DNA of 64,000 nt from the IMG/VR virus record IMGVR_UViG_3300036801_000174, positions 1 to 64,000 of that record; one strand, 5' to 3'. Below are positions 27,748-36,532 of the stretch, piece by piece. The first letter of the stretch is position 1. Every line of letters starts with the position of its first letter. The translations under genes were made by a program, and so were the position numbers. The DNA comes from a virus. A model generated the notes under the pieces. That model was not told the DNA's origin. It searched no databases and saw only the letters and a list, made by a program, of their open reading frames with translations.

Positions 27748-28116
27748 CTACTGCTGCCGTTCTGCCAGCCACGCGGCGGGATCCATGACGAGCGCCATCG
27801 TGACCGTGTCCGGCTCGAGGCCCGTCACGCGCTTCCAGTCCCGCAGGAAGGACACGATCTGCTCAAGGTGCGCATCGCCATCTTCCCCGGCGACGGGCCA
27901 CGGGCCGTAGGTTTCCTGCCTGGCGGTGCTGCCCTCGGTCCACCAGAAGTGCAGCACGATCGCCTGCGGCCGGGGTGTCACGACCGCGCCGGGCGGCAGC
28001 CAGCGGAGTTTGTCCTTGTCGGCCTGGTCCCAGGCTTCCCGGAACGCGGCGGTCTGCTCGGGCGTCCAGTCATCCGCCAGCTGCACGTACGCCGCAGGCT
28101 GTTCGTCGCTGGCCGT
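27748..28116 (-). CDS. small protein with a portal-like N-terminal segment
   Basis: ORF between terL and portal; start uncertain (ACG 28116 after AGGGAG, or GTG 28086). Confidence 0.55.
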   Translation of the reverse strand, partial: TASDEQPAAYVQLADDWTPEQTAAFREAWDQADKDKLRWLPPGAVVTPRPQAIVLHFWWTEGSTARQETYGPWPVAGEDGDAHLEQIVSFLRDWKRVTGLEPDTVTMALVMDPAAWLAERQQ

Positions 28117-28131
28117 TTTGCACCGCTCCCT

Positions 28132-29816
28132 CTAGCCGCTTGACACCATGAACCGCTGGTCCCTGAACGCCACGTCACGCAGCCGCTTGCGGGCCTCTTC
28201 CGGGGTCTCGGGGGCTGGCCCGGGCTCTGGTGAGGGCAGGGCTGGAGGCTCGTCAGCGAGCGGCTCAGGACCGGCTGCGGCCAGTTGCTCGGCCTTGCGC
28301 TTGGCCCAGTCGATCCACGCATCGGCTCCGCCGCCGCCGAGGTTGACCGTCAGGTACCTGAGAGCATCACAGGCATGATCGGCCGCTTTGGGGTCGGCGT
28401 CCTCAGGTGATCCAGAACGGGCGTATGGGAGGTTCTCAAGTTCCTCGATCAGCTTCGGGCAGGTCCGGAAGATATGAATCCGCGGGCACGTCTCGAGCCC
28501 GTTTGCCCGGTGGTGAGGACACGCCGGTGCTTCGGCCATGTACGAATGGATCCGCTGCCAGCCCGTGATCCGGCTGCCCGGCCCCTTGCCCGCCTTGGTC
28601 AGGTATACGCCGTTCTGCGCATACATCCGCTCCTTTGGCAGGGCATCGCCTTCAAGGTTCCACATTGAGTCGTCAGCCCAGCGTGTCATGACGTGCTCGT
28701 CGCTGGCCTCGGCCGCCAGGATGCGCCTGGCCTGGTCCGACTCGCGGACGCCTGACTCGTAGATCTCTCTGTAGACCCACAGACGCTTGTCGGGGTCAAC
28801 CGAGCCCCAGAGCACCGCGAACGGGCTGGCGAACCCCCAGTCAATCCCGTTGTAGCGGTTCCACGATGGCGGCAGCGCGATGGGGTCCATGGTGTGGCGC
28901 TCGTAGTCGTACTCGGTGAAGATCTGGCCGGCGAACAGGTCCCACCTGCCGTCCCGCATCGCGGCCTGGCGCGCCGGGTCGGTGATGGCGTCCAGACGGC
29001 GGAAGTACGCCTCGTCCAGCCACGGGTTATCAGTGGCCTTCGCCTGGATGAACCGCACCGTGAGGCCGTGCTTATCGGTGATGACCTTGGAGCCATGCTC
29101 AGTTGGCTTTATATACCGTTCGCGAACCTCGCCGTGAGACGGGCCGCCCGGGTTTGTGGTGCAGCGCACCCCGATCACCGGCACGTCGCCAGCGGCACGC
29201 AGGCGCTCGTAGCGGAGGATGTCAACTACCCCTGGCGCCAGGAGCGTGAGTTCGTCTACCAGCAAAAGTTGGTATTCTCCACCTTGACGCCTAGAAGCGT
29301 CGTCTTTGGTCTCAAGGTAGCGGAACCGGAATTTGCTCCCATTAGGAAAGCTCAGTTCCCGGGAACTGCCGTTCCAGTGACCGCCGACGGCCTCGCCGAA
29401 CTCGAACTTCCGCAGCGCGGGGAAGATGGACTCCTCGAGCTCGTCATACGTGCGGCGCACCAGCAGGACGCGCAGCCCCGGATGTCTCGCACAAGCCCGG
29501 ATGCCCTCGGCCACGAGGGCCGCACTTTTCCCCCACCAGCCGCCCCTCCGTAGAGGACGTCGGCTTCAGTGGCGGCGTGGAAACGCTCCTGCGGGCACTT
29601 CCCGCAAGGCTCAGGCACCGGCACTGCGGCGCCGTTCCGCACCGCGATCTGCGCCAGGGCGCGCGGCTTGCAGATCGGCTCGTAGCCGATCAGCGAGAAC
29701 ACGTCCATCGCGGCCATGTGCGCCGTGTCCCGGCGTTCCTTCTCGGCACGCAGGGACCGCAGCTCGACGAGCTTCGCAGCCCGGATCTCAGTTAGCGAGC
29801 GGAAGTCCGGCATCAT
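28132..29816 (-). CDS. terL: terminase large subunit, split by a -1 frameshift in the Walker A motif
   Basis: LYGGAAGGGK in one frame, SAALVAEG..LLVDE..TTNPGG..GIDWG..DHACDALRY in the -1 frame; joined product about 561 aa. Confidence 0.88.
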
Positions 29817-30225
29817 CCTGCAGGGCCATCTCCAGTTTCAGTTCCTCGAGCTGGCGGTCAATCTCGGAGATCGCCAGGTACTCGTGCCGGTCAGGCGCAT
29901 CCAGGCCCAGCAGCTTGGAGCGGCGCTCCGACCATCCGCGAGCCCCGGTCCATGCCTCCACCTTCGTGCGCGGCGACGTGTGCTCGTCCCGCGCGATCAC
30001 CAGCAGCGCCGAGAGCGCGTCCTCGATCAGCAGCAGTTCCTCGGCGCGGGCTTCCTCAACGTGCGCGGCCGGGATCATCGCCAGGGCCTTGGAGTACAGC
30101 TGGCTCACACGCGGCTGCGAGATGCCGAGCCGGCGCGCGATCTCGTCCTGCGTGAGGCGCTGGCGGCGCATCTCGACGACCTGCGCCAGGCGGTCGGCCT
30201 GAGAGGGCGTCATGCGCCGTGCCAT
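29788..30225 (-). CDS. terminase small subunit (HTH)
   Basis: LTQDEIARRLGISQPRVSQ HTH, ERRSKLLGLDAP motif, directly upstream of terL. Confidence 0.75.
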   Translation of the reverse strand: MARRMTPSQADRLAQVVEMRRQRLTQDEIARRLGISQPRVSQLYSKALAMIPAAHVEEARAEELLLIEDALSALLVIARDEHTSPRTKVEAWTGARGWSERRSKLLGLDAPDRHEYLAISEIDRQLEELKLEMALQDDAGLPLAN

Positions 30226-30254
30226 AACCCCCCCAGGAATTACTTATAGGCGGG

Positions 30255-31364
30255 TCAGGCTGCGAACAGTTCGCCCTGCACCCACTTGAGGGTGGCGGGT
30301 TCTGGCTTAGCGGCCGATCGCTCAGGCGCCGCCAGCCACGCATCAGCAATGTCGAGGACTAGCGCCAGGCACGAGACGTCGAAGTATTCGCGGCCTCTGA
30401 CGGGGGCTTCTCTGGCCAGCGAGAGTGCACCCTTCACGGCATTCTCCGTGTCGAGTGCCAGCGTGCCGGGCAGCCCGGTGACCAGCCGCACCACGTCGCC
30501 GTAGCCGTCCTTAGCGTGCGCGAGCAGCCGCTGCTTGCCGTTGCCGGTCGTGACGCCGAACTTGACCACGGAGTTGCCCGTGACGACGTAGAACGCGTCG
30601 AACTCGGTGCGGGCGCAGAGCCGGCAGAGGCCGTCCCCGGACAGCACGTAGTGCGGCTTCGGGTAGCAGTCGTGGCCTGCCTTGCAGCGAACGTGCAAGG
30701 CGTGCTCTACGCCTCGGTACTCGTCGTAGATCGGCGTCGCGCCCAGTTCGGCAAGGCGCGCCCGGAACGCCGCATCGATTACCGCGGGATCACGCCCGCT
30801 GCAGATGGCGCAGATTGCCTTGCCTTGCTGCACGGACTGCCCGGTCGGATAACAATCGTGACCCTCGGAGCACTGGACATGAACCTTGGTGCGGGCGTTC
30901 CGGTAGGGCTCAAGCGCCACCGCACCCATTGCTTTCACGCGGGCATAGAACTCGGCCTCTGCTGTGTCCCGATCAAGACCCACACAGATCCGGCATGCCC
31001 CGCGCCCGCGCTGAAGTTCCCCGGGGCGCGTACGGCAGCGATGCCCGGCGGGGCAGAGAACATCGTGGGGGGTGTTCCGGCCGCGATACCTCTCGTACAG
31101 CGACGTGCAGCCGAGTTCCGCCAAGCGCTTGAGGAACGCGGCCTCTGTGGCAACGGGATCCTTGCCGGCGCATTTGATGCAGATGCCCCGGCCCTGCTGG
31201 ACGCAATTCGGGCGCGGTCGGCAATCATGACCTGCGCGGCAGCGCGCGCGGTGGGGTTGCTGAGCACCAAGCCACTCGGTCTCGAGTAACTCCGCCCCGA
31301 GTTCCTTGAGGCGGTGGCGGAAGGCCGACTCGGCCGCCAGCGACTGGGCGGTGCGTCCGGCCAC
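30255..31364 (-). CDS. zinc-ribbon repeat protein with C-terminal GIY-YIG-like domain
   Basis: four ~60-aa C..GH.C..G.G.C..C repeats then FYVV..KFGVT..RL..H. Confidence 0.7.
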   Translation of the reverse strand: MAGRTAQSLAAESAFRHRLKELGAELLETEWLGAQQPHRARCRAGHDCRPRPNCVQQGRGICIKCAGKDPVATEAAFLKRLAELGCTSLYERYRGRNTPHDVLCPAGHRCRTRPGELQRGRGACRICVGLDRDTAEAEFYARVKAMGAVALEPYRNARTKVHVQCSEGHDCYPTGQSVQQGKAICAICSGRDPAVIDAAFRARLAELGATPIYDEYRGVEHALHVRCKAGHDCYPKPHYVLSGDGLCRLCARTEFDAFYVVTGNSVVKFGVTTGNGKQRLLAHAKDGYGDVVRLVTGLPGTLALDTENAVKGALSLAREAPVRGREYFDVSCLALVLDIADAWLAAPERSAAKPEPATLKWVQGELFAA

Positions 31365-31589
31365 TAGTGCTCACCCGACACGCGGGCGATCTCCTCGCGG
31401 ACGGCGCGGCGGACCTCATCCACGCCGACAGCGAGTTCCTCGCGGACGATAGCGCGAAGCGCTACCGCATCAGGAGGGGAGCCGGGGATCGGCGCGTCAA
31501 TACCTCGCCTGACTAGCTCAGCGAGTGAGACGCCCGTCGCTTTCCACGGTTCAACAAGATCGTCGGGAAGCCAGATACTCGTCTTCATG
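31364..31589 (-). CDS. ribbon-helix-helix/CopG-like small regulator
   Basis: MKTSIWLPDDL..SLAELVRRGI; TATGCT-N6-ATG. Confidence 0.6.
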
Positions 31590-31686
31590 CTATGAGCATA
31601 CCAGCATGGCATGCCGTTGCGATGACCTGCGAGAACACTCTCAATGAGCTTGACTAGGGATACCGTCACGGTATACCGTCAGTCTC

Positions 31687-31971
31687 ATGAACACCACGGG
31701 GGCCAAGAACCACACCGCGCACTTCGACACCCTGGCCTGGACCGCCGGGCCGCTGACCGGTATCGACGAGGACCAGCGCTGCGTCAGCTGCTCGCACCTT
31801 CCCGGATGCCCTTGTCCCGAAGACTGCGTCACCCAGGCCGAGGCGGAGGCCGTTGAGGCCGCCGTCGTCGAGGAGCCGTGGGAGCGCGAGTTCGTCCGCG
31901 CAGCGATCCTGATGAGCGCGCTTGACGTCCTCGCCGGGGAGCCGCTGGCAGCCGAAGGGCGTGACCGCTGA
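31687..31971 (+). CDS. hypothetical protein
   Basis: TTGACT-N18-TACCGT-N7-ATG promoter; 94-aa ORF. Confidence 0.6.
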   Translation: MNTTGAKNHTAHFDTLAWTAGPLTGIDEDQRCVSCSHLPGCPCPEDCVTQAEAEAVEAAVVEEPWEREFVRAAILMSALDVLAGEPLAAEGRDR

Positions 31972-32264
31972 TGCCCGCGCTGGCGCCGGTCGTGCAGACC
32001 GTGATGCTGCCCACGCCGCGCGGAACCCAGTGCTGGGCGGCCCGCACCATCGACGGAGTGTGGGACCTCGAGCGCGACGAAGACCGCCGCAGCGACTGGG
32101 CCGTGACCCACCGCGCCACGCAGATCCAGGTGAACCTGCTGGGCAGCCTGCGGGACTGCCGGGCCTACGTCGCCTCAGGCGGGGCCGCTGAAGACCTGGG
32201 CCTCATCCAGGCCCACGAACGGGGCGCCCACGCTGTGCGGGTGCCCAGATGCCGGAGGTGCTAA
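31971..32264 (+). CDS. hypothetical protein
   Basis: TGATG-coupled 97-aa ORF. Confidence 0.6.
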   Translation: MPALAPVVQTVMLPTPRGTQCWAARTIDGVWDLERDEDRRSDWAVTHRATQIQVNLLGSLRDCRAYVASGGAAEDLGLIQAHERGAHAVRVPRCRRC

Positions 32265-32455
32265 ATGGGGCTCGCCGGCTGGGCAGCCCACAAAATGTTC
32301 TGGCGCTCGGTCAGGACAAGCCGCAGGTCGGCTGCACGCAGGCGCCGCCAGCGGAAAGCCAGGAACAGGAAGGGGGGACGGAGATGCCCGCATTGCGGAA
32401 GATAGCGCGCGTGCTGCTGCCCGCGAAGGGCAGGCACCGCCGGTAACGACAGCAA

Positions 32456-32490
32456 GCCAGCGCCCCCGGTCATACGGCCTGGGGCGCTGG
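32456..32490. terminator. hairpin between convergent genes
   Basis: CCAGCGCCCC..GGGGCGCTGG inverted repeat. Confidence 0.5.
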
Positions 32491-32496
32491 TCTGTG

Positions 32497-32862
32497 CTAG
32501 CTGACTGCCGGAATGCTGCCGTCGTCAGGCGGGGTACTGCCGTCGCCGGAGTCCACGGGCGGCACGGTGGCCGGGTCCGCGGCCTGCAGCTGCGCGACCG
32601 TCGAGGCCATGTCATCGGCCACGGCCTGGATCGCCGGGTCGTTCGCCGAGCCAGCGGCGGCGAGCGCGGCCTGCCAGTCGGAGATGGCCTGCACGACCTC
32701 GGCCTTCAGGGCAGCGTCGGCAGCCTGCAGTGCATCCAGTGCGGTCATGATCTTCTCCTGGTTCGTCTCGGTGCGCGACAGGCGCGCGAGGATCTGGTCG
32801 AGCTGGCAGCGGATGCTCTCCAGCGGGTCGTGATGAGGGCAGCACGGGTGGTGGAAGTCCAC
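32497..32862 (-). CDS. coiled-coil hypothetical protein
   Basis: GGAGGTGA RBS, 121 aa. Confidence 0.65.
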   Translation of the reverse strand: MDFHHPCCPHHDPLESIRCQLDQILARLSRTETNQEKIMTALDALQAADAALKAEVVQAISDWQAALAAAGSANDPAIQAVADDMASTVAQLQAADPATVPPVDSGDGSTPPDDGSIPAVS

Positions 32863-32888
32863 GGGTCACCTCCGGGGCTGCAGGGGCA

Positions 32889-33074
32889 CTACGCGGGCGG
32901 GGCCTGGCGCACGCGGGTTACGATCCAGGTCCCGAACCCGGCGAGGTGCAGGGCCAGGAAGAACAAGCCCAGCAGGATCATCGAAGTGGGCGCGATCCAC
33001 GACGGGGTAGAGACCTTTGCCACGTGGAAGATGAAGCCGAACAGGAAGATCAAGGACGCCACTACGGCGAGCAC
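32889..33074 (-). CDS. small two-TM membrane protein
   Basis: GGGAGG RBS, two hydrophobic helices. Confidence 0.65.
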   Translation of the reverse strand: MLAVVASLIFLFGFIFHVAKVSTPSWIAPTSMILLGLFFLALHLAGFGTWIVTRVRQAPPA

Positions 33075-33083
33075 GGCGCCTCC

Positions 33084-33335
33084 CTACGCTGCGGTCGGAC
33101 GGATGGTGCGCCTGGCTCGCACGGCGGTCGCGTGCTCGGCCTTCGCTACCTCAACCGGGTCGAGCATGATGCGGCCCCGGAAGCGGAAGGCCACGGGCAG
33201 TTTGCGGATGCCGTCGTCGGTGTGCCAGCCGCGGTTGATCCAGTTGCGCACCGTGATTGGGCTCACGCCGCACAGCAGCGCGGCCTGCTCAGTCGTGATG
33301 CAGCCGCTGGGGCCGGGTACAACGGGATCCACCAT
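33084..33335 (-). CDS. HTH (excisionase/MerR-like) DNA-binding protein
   Basis: ITTEQAALLCGVSPITVRNWINRG. Confidence 0.7.
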   Translation of the reverse strand: MVDPVVPGPSGCITTEQAALLCGVSPITVRNWINRGWHTDDGIRKLPVAFRFRGRIMLDPVEVAKAEHATAVRARRTIRPTAA

Positions 33336-33351
33336 CACCCCCAGGGAAACG

Positions 33352-33385
33352 AAAAACGCCCCGCCAGGGGCTCCTGGGCGGGGGC
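33352..33385 (-). terminator. intrinsic terminator
   Basis: CGCCCCGCC/GGCGGGGCG stem followed by TTTTT on minus strand. Confidence 0.6.
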
Positions 33386-33402
33386 GCATTGCTCCAAGGC
33401 GG

Positions 33403-33432
33403 ACGATACAAGAAGCAAGCCAAGGGGGGCAA
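33403..33432 (-). promoter_or_regulatory. putative late promoter
   Basis: TTGCCC-N18-TATCGT on minus strand. Confidence 0.5.
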
Positions 33433-33474
33433 GTTAGCGCGTGAGACCGCTGGGAAACACCCCGGTTGGTGAGG

Positions 33475-34443
33475 CTACGTGACGTGCTCAAGCAACACTG
33501 GCGTCGCGTGCGCTCGGTGATACGCCACCCACCGCTTGGCATTGATGTCGTACTCCTCGGCGGTCATCTCGTCCTGGCAGTTGTCGCAGCGGCTGTAGAG
33601 ATTCCGGTCACCGTCCGGCCACGCCCGCCGCAGGCTCCGCCACGTGCACTGCCTGCACGGCACGATCAGCAGCTCCGGTGGCGGGCTGGTCTCAAGCAGC
33701 AGCGAACGGGACCGGTAGTGCAGCCACTGGATGTCCCGCCCGGCGTCTTCCCCGCCAGCGAGTACCTGCGGCTGGAGGCTGTCGATCGTGACCCGCACCA
33801 GCTCGCGGTCACCGAACTCCTCGACCAGATCGGCCGGGATGGGCTCGGCGGGTTCCCGGGGCGGCAGCACATCCGCTGACGGCAGCCAGTCGGTGCCGAG
33901 GGCGCGCATGTCCTCATCGCGGGGCATCGGCGGCATGAAGACCTGCCTCGTCATCCAGGTGTCCTGCAGGGCGATCAGCGGAGTGATGTGCCGGGCCAGC
34001 ACCCGTGCGTTGTCGCGCACTCCCCTGGCGCTGCCGTGCGGGTGCTTCAGCGGGGACAGTGACAGTCCGGGCACCGACCTGACCCGCGCTGCCCACCCGC
34101 CGAGGGTGAACGCCATGAACGCCATGTGGGCCTCGACGTCTTCGCGCAGGATCACCTGCGGGCCGGCCGGCGAGTGGATCTGCACCTCCGCGACCAGCGG
34201 GTCACCGATCGCCGCGGCGAGGCGCACCCAGTAGCCGGGGAGATCCCTGGCGCAGTCGGCGAGGAACGTGGCGCAGCGGTCGCAGTAGGGCCGCGGGGAG
34301 CGGGCCGGGGTGACGATCCGCTCGCCATCCACGAAGGTGACGGTGCGGGCACTGCACCATTGATCTCTGGCGCACTCCTGGCCTGCGGATTCCGGCTCAT
34401 TATCTGACGCTGAGTGTGCCCGGTAAGGGCCGTCCCTCCGCAT
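33475..34443 (-). CDS. Cys-containing phage protein, candidate late-gene regulator
   Basis: 322 aa with CxxC pairs at both ends; last gene before late promoter. Confidence 0.55.
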   Translation of the reverse strand: MRRDGPYRAHSASDNEPESAGQECARDQWCSARTVTFVDGERIVTPARSPRPYCDRCATFLADCARDLPGYWVRLAAAIGDPLVAEVQIHSPAGPQVILREDVEAHMAFMAFTLGGWAARVRSVPGLSLSPLKHPHGSARGVRDNARVLARHITPLIALQDTWMTRQVFMPPMPRDEDMRALGTDWLPSADVLPPREPAEPIPADLVEEFGDRELVRVTIDSLQPQVLAGGEDAGRDIQWLHYRSRSLLLETSPPPELLIVPCRQCTWRSLRRAWPDGDRNLYSRCDNCQDEMTAEEYDINAKRWVAYHRAHATPVLLEHVT

Positions 34444-34484
34444 CCTTGGAGGGTAGCCGACCTGTCACAGTCGGTGACCGAGCC

Positions 34485-34676
34485 TTACTGCAGGCCCTCA
34501 GCCCGAAGGTCGATCACTTTTGAATCGGCATTCAGTTCAGCGAGGGTTTTTGTGGGGTTCCAGGTCAGGATCGGGCAGTCATCGGTCTGGCACCACGCCT
34601 GGGTGCCGCCGCCCATCAGCCATACTGGCGGCTCACCGCAGGCGGGGCACTTCAGCCCCACCGGCTCGCTGTTCAC
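34485..34676 (-). CDS. small zinc-ribbon protein
   Basis: CPACG..CQTDDC, GGAGG upstream. Confidence 0.55.
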   Translation of the reverse strand: MNSEPVGLKCPACGEPPVWLMGGGTQAWCQTDDCPILTWNPTKTLAELNADSKVIDLRAEGLQ

Positions 34677-34680
34677 CTGC

Positions 34681-35832
34681 TCATCCTCCCTCGGCGACCG
34701 CGTGAAGCGGGCGCGGCGCCCTCTCGGCCTGCACCTCGGCCAGCAGTCGCCCGGCCGTCTTATCGCCGACAGGAAGCTCCTTCATCACCAGGTACTTGGA
34801 GACCTTGCCGCGGTCGGCGAACAGTTCCCGGATGCCTTCCCGGATGTCCTCGTCGGTTGCCTTCCGGCCACCCTTCCGGCGTGCCTTCTGGACGGCACCT
34901 GCGGGTGGCTTCTGCGGGGCAGTTGCGGATGCCTTCCGGGGGGCCGTCTGTGGTGCATCCCCAGCGGGTAGCTCAGGTGCCGCCTGAGTGACCGTCTCGG
35001 GTGCAGTCTGGAGGTCGTTCGAGATGGCCTCCGAGAGGGCCTCCGAGAGCCCCAGGCGGCGTGACAGCCAGCTGTCCAAGACCGGCTCCCAGTGAGCCGC
35101 TCCGCCCCACGTAAGGCCGTCCTCGATGGCCTGGCGCACATCGGCCGGGAAGCGGCCCGTGCGCATGGCCGTGGCCACCGACAGCGGCACCGGCAGGCCA
35201 GGCTTGCGGGCCAGCACCGCGGCCACGGTGTCGCGCAGGTAGACGCGGGCGTCCTCAATGGCGTTCATCAGCGGCCAGGTGGTGACGCCGAGCAGGTTCT
35301 TGCGGCGCCACATGAAAAACGTCGGGCCCGGCGATGCCATCCAGCGCCGGAGCGGGATCGCGTCGACTGGCTCGGGCGGCGGCTTGCGGAGCGCCTTCCA
35401 GATCAGCCGGAGCACCTCGATGCCGAGGACCCAGGCTGTGGGGCAGGCCGCAGCGAGGATGACCCACAGCAGCGAGTCCGCGAGCGTGGCTGCCCCGTTG
35501 CCGAAGATGGTCAGTGCGGCGAATCCCCAGGCCGCGATCCTGGCCAGCCGCGACGGCCAGCCCAGGGCAACCAGGAGGTGATCGGCGATGACGTAGGTCG
35601 GGATGCCCAGGTCGATCATCAGGGGCAGCAGCCACGGCGAGTGCCAGCCATGGGCCGCAGCTGCGGCGGACAGGTTCCAATACGAGAACCAGGCGCCGGC
35701 GGCCATGGAGGCGATGACGAACGCGACTGCCACGCCGAGCCAGAGCTTCTGGGTGTCGCTGAGACGGCTGCGTCGGGCGTGGGCGGGCAGTGCAGGTGTC
35801 GGTGCGTGCATGCCGTCCATGTTGGCGGTCAC
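34681..35832 (-). CDS. DUF2637 / SpdB-like spread membrane protein
   Basis: SYWNL..A..HGW..LPLMIDLGI, four TM helices, IPLRRWMASP..TF.MWRR, C-terminal HTH-like segment. Confidence 0.75.
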   Translation of the reverse strand: MTANMDGMHAPTPALPAHARRSRLSDTQKLWLGVAVAFVIASMAAGAWFSYWNLSAAAAAHGWHSPWLLPLMIDLGIPTYVIADHLLVALGWPSRLARIAAWGFAALTIFGNGAATLADSLLWVILAAACPTAWVLGIEVLRLIWKALRKPPPEPVDAIPLRRWMASPGPTFFMWRRKNLLGVTTWPLMNAIEDARVYLRDTVAAVLARKPGLPVPLSVATAMRTGRFPADVRQAIEDGLTWGGAAHWEPVLDSWLSRRLGLSEALSEAISNDLQTAPETVTQAAPELPAGDAPQTAPRKASATAPQKPPAGAVQKARRKGGRKATDEDIREGIRELFADRGKVSKYLVMKELPVGDKTAGRLLAEVQAERAPRPLHAVAEGG

Positions 35833-35869
35833 GGGTGATCCTTCCTCGGATTTCCGGCTCAATGCGTGG

Positions 35870-36124
35870 TCAGTGGTGCCTGCGGGGCAAATGCGACTCC
35901 CGGCCACCACCTGGCCCGGGGCCAATCGCACGCTGGCGCTCAGCCTTGAGCCGGCGGAACGCCTCGGCGTCGGGACCGCGGTTCTGCCATCCGAACGCGC
36001 CTTCCCAGAACAGGTCAGTCATTACGCGGTCAATCTGGTGCGGGTCGCCGTTCTCGGCGCCCTGGCCGGCCACACCAGCAGGGGGGCGTACCGGCTCAGA
36101 ACCTGGCTTGTGAGTCATGATCAT
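35870..36124 (-). CDS. hypothetical protein
   Basis: AAGGAG RBS, 84 aa. Confidence 0.55.
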   Translation of the reverse strand: MIMTHKPGSEPVRPPAGVAGQGAENGDPHQIDRVMTDLFWEGAFGWQNRGPDAEAFRRLKAERQRAIGPGPGGGRESHLPRRHH

Positions 36125-36130
36125 TTCTCC

Positions 36131-36295
36131 TTAATTTCCGGGGCGCCGGGCCACGGGTACGACACGGTGAGCACGCTCGCCCCGGACGATCATGAGGACG
36201 ACCGCAGCGATCATGAGCACGCAGATGGCTGCGATGAGCCAGGTGGGCAGGGCGCCGATAGCGGCGACGATGGGCCAGGGATGGGTGTTTGTCAT
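36131..36295 (-). CDS. small membrane protein
   Basis: GGGAG RBS; MTNTHPWPIVAAIGALPTWLIAAICVLMIAAVVLMIV.. Confidence 0.55.
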   Translation of the reverse strand: MTNTHPWPIVAAIGALPTWLIAAICVLMIAAVVLMIVRGERAHRVVPVARRPGN

Positions 36296-36307
36296 GGGGT
36301 GCTCCCT

Positions 36308-36532
36308 TCAGAAGCGCTTAGTGATCCTTATCCAGGTATGGAACGGTCCCCTGAGGCTGTAGAACACCCCGAAACCGCGCCTGCGGTGATGCCGGAAGAG
36401 CAGGACGTGGACCACGAAGTAGCCCAGGACGATTGCGGCGAGGATGTGCATTGCTTGCTCCTTGAACTGGGGGCCCCGGCGCGGGCCCCGGCGGCTGGTG
36501 ATTGCCCGCGCCGGGGCGTCTGTGGTGGTCAC
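36308..36532 (-). CDS. small membrane protein
   Basis: hydrophobic helix plus basic tail; internal AAGGAG-ATG start possible. Confidence 0.5.
   Translation of the reverse strand: MTTTDAPARAITSRRGPRRGPQFKEQAMHILAAIVLGYFVVHVLLFRHHRRRGFGVFYSLRGPFHTWIRITKRF

Noticed and set aside
29515-29540. Intein or intron at the terL Walker A site
   Set aside because: Only a one-base frame offset; no inserted sequence
32889-33074. Holin call for the two-TM protein
   Set aside because: No endolysin nearby; lysis genes probably lie outside the window
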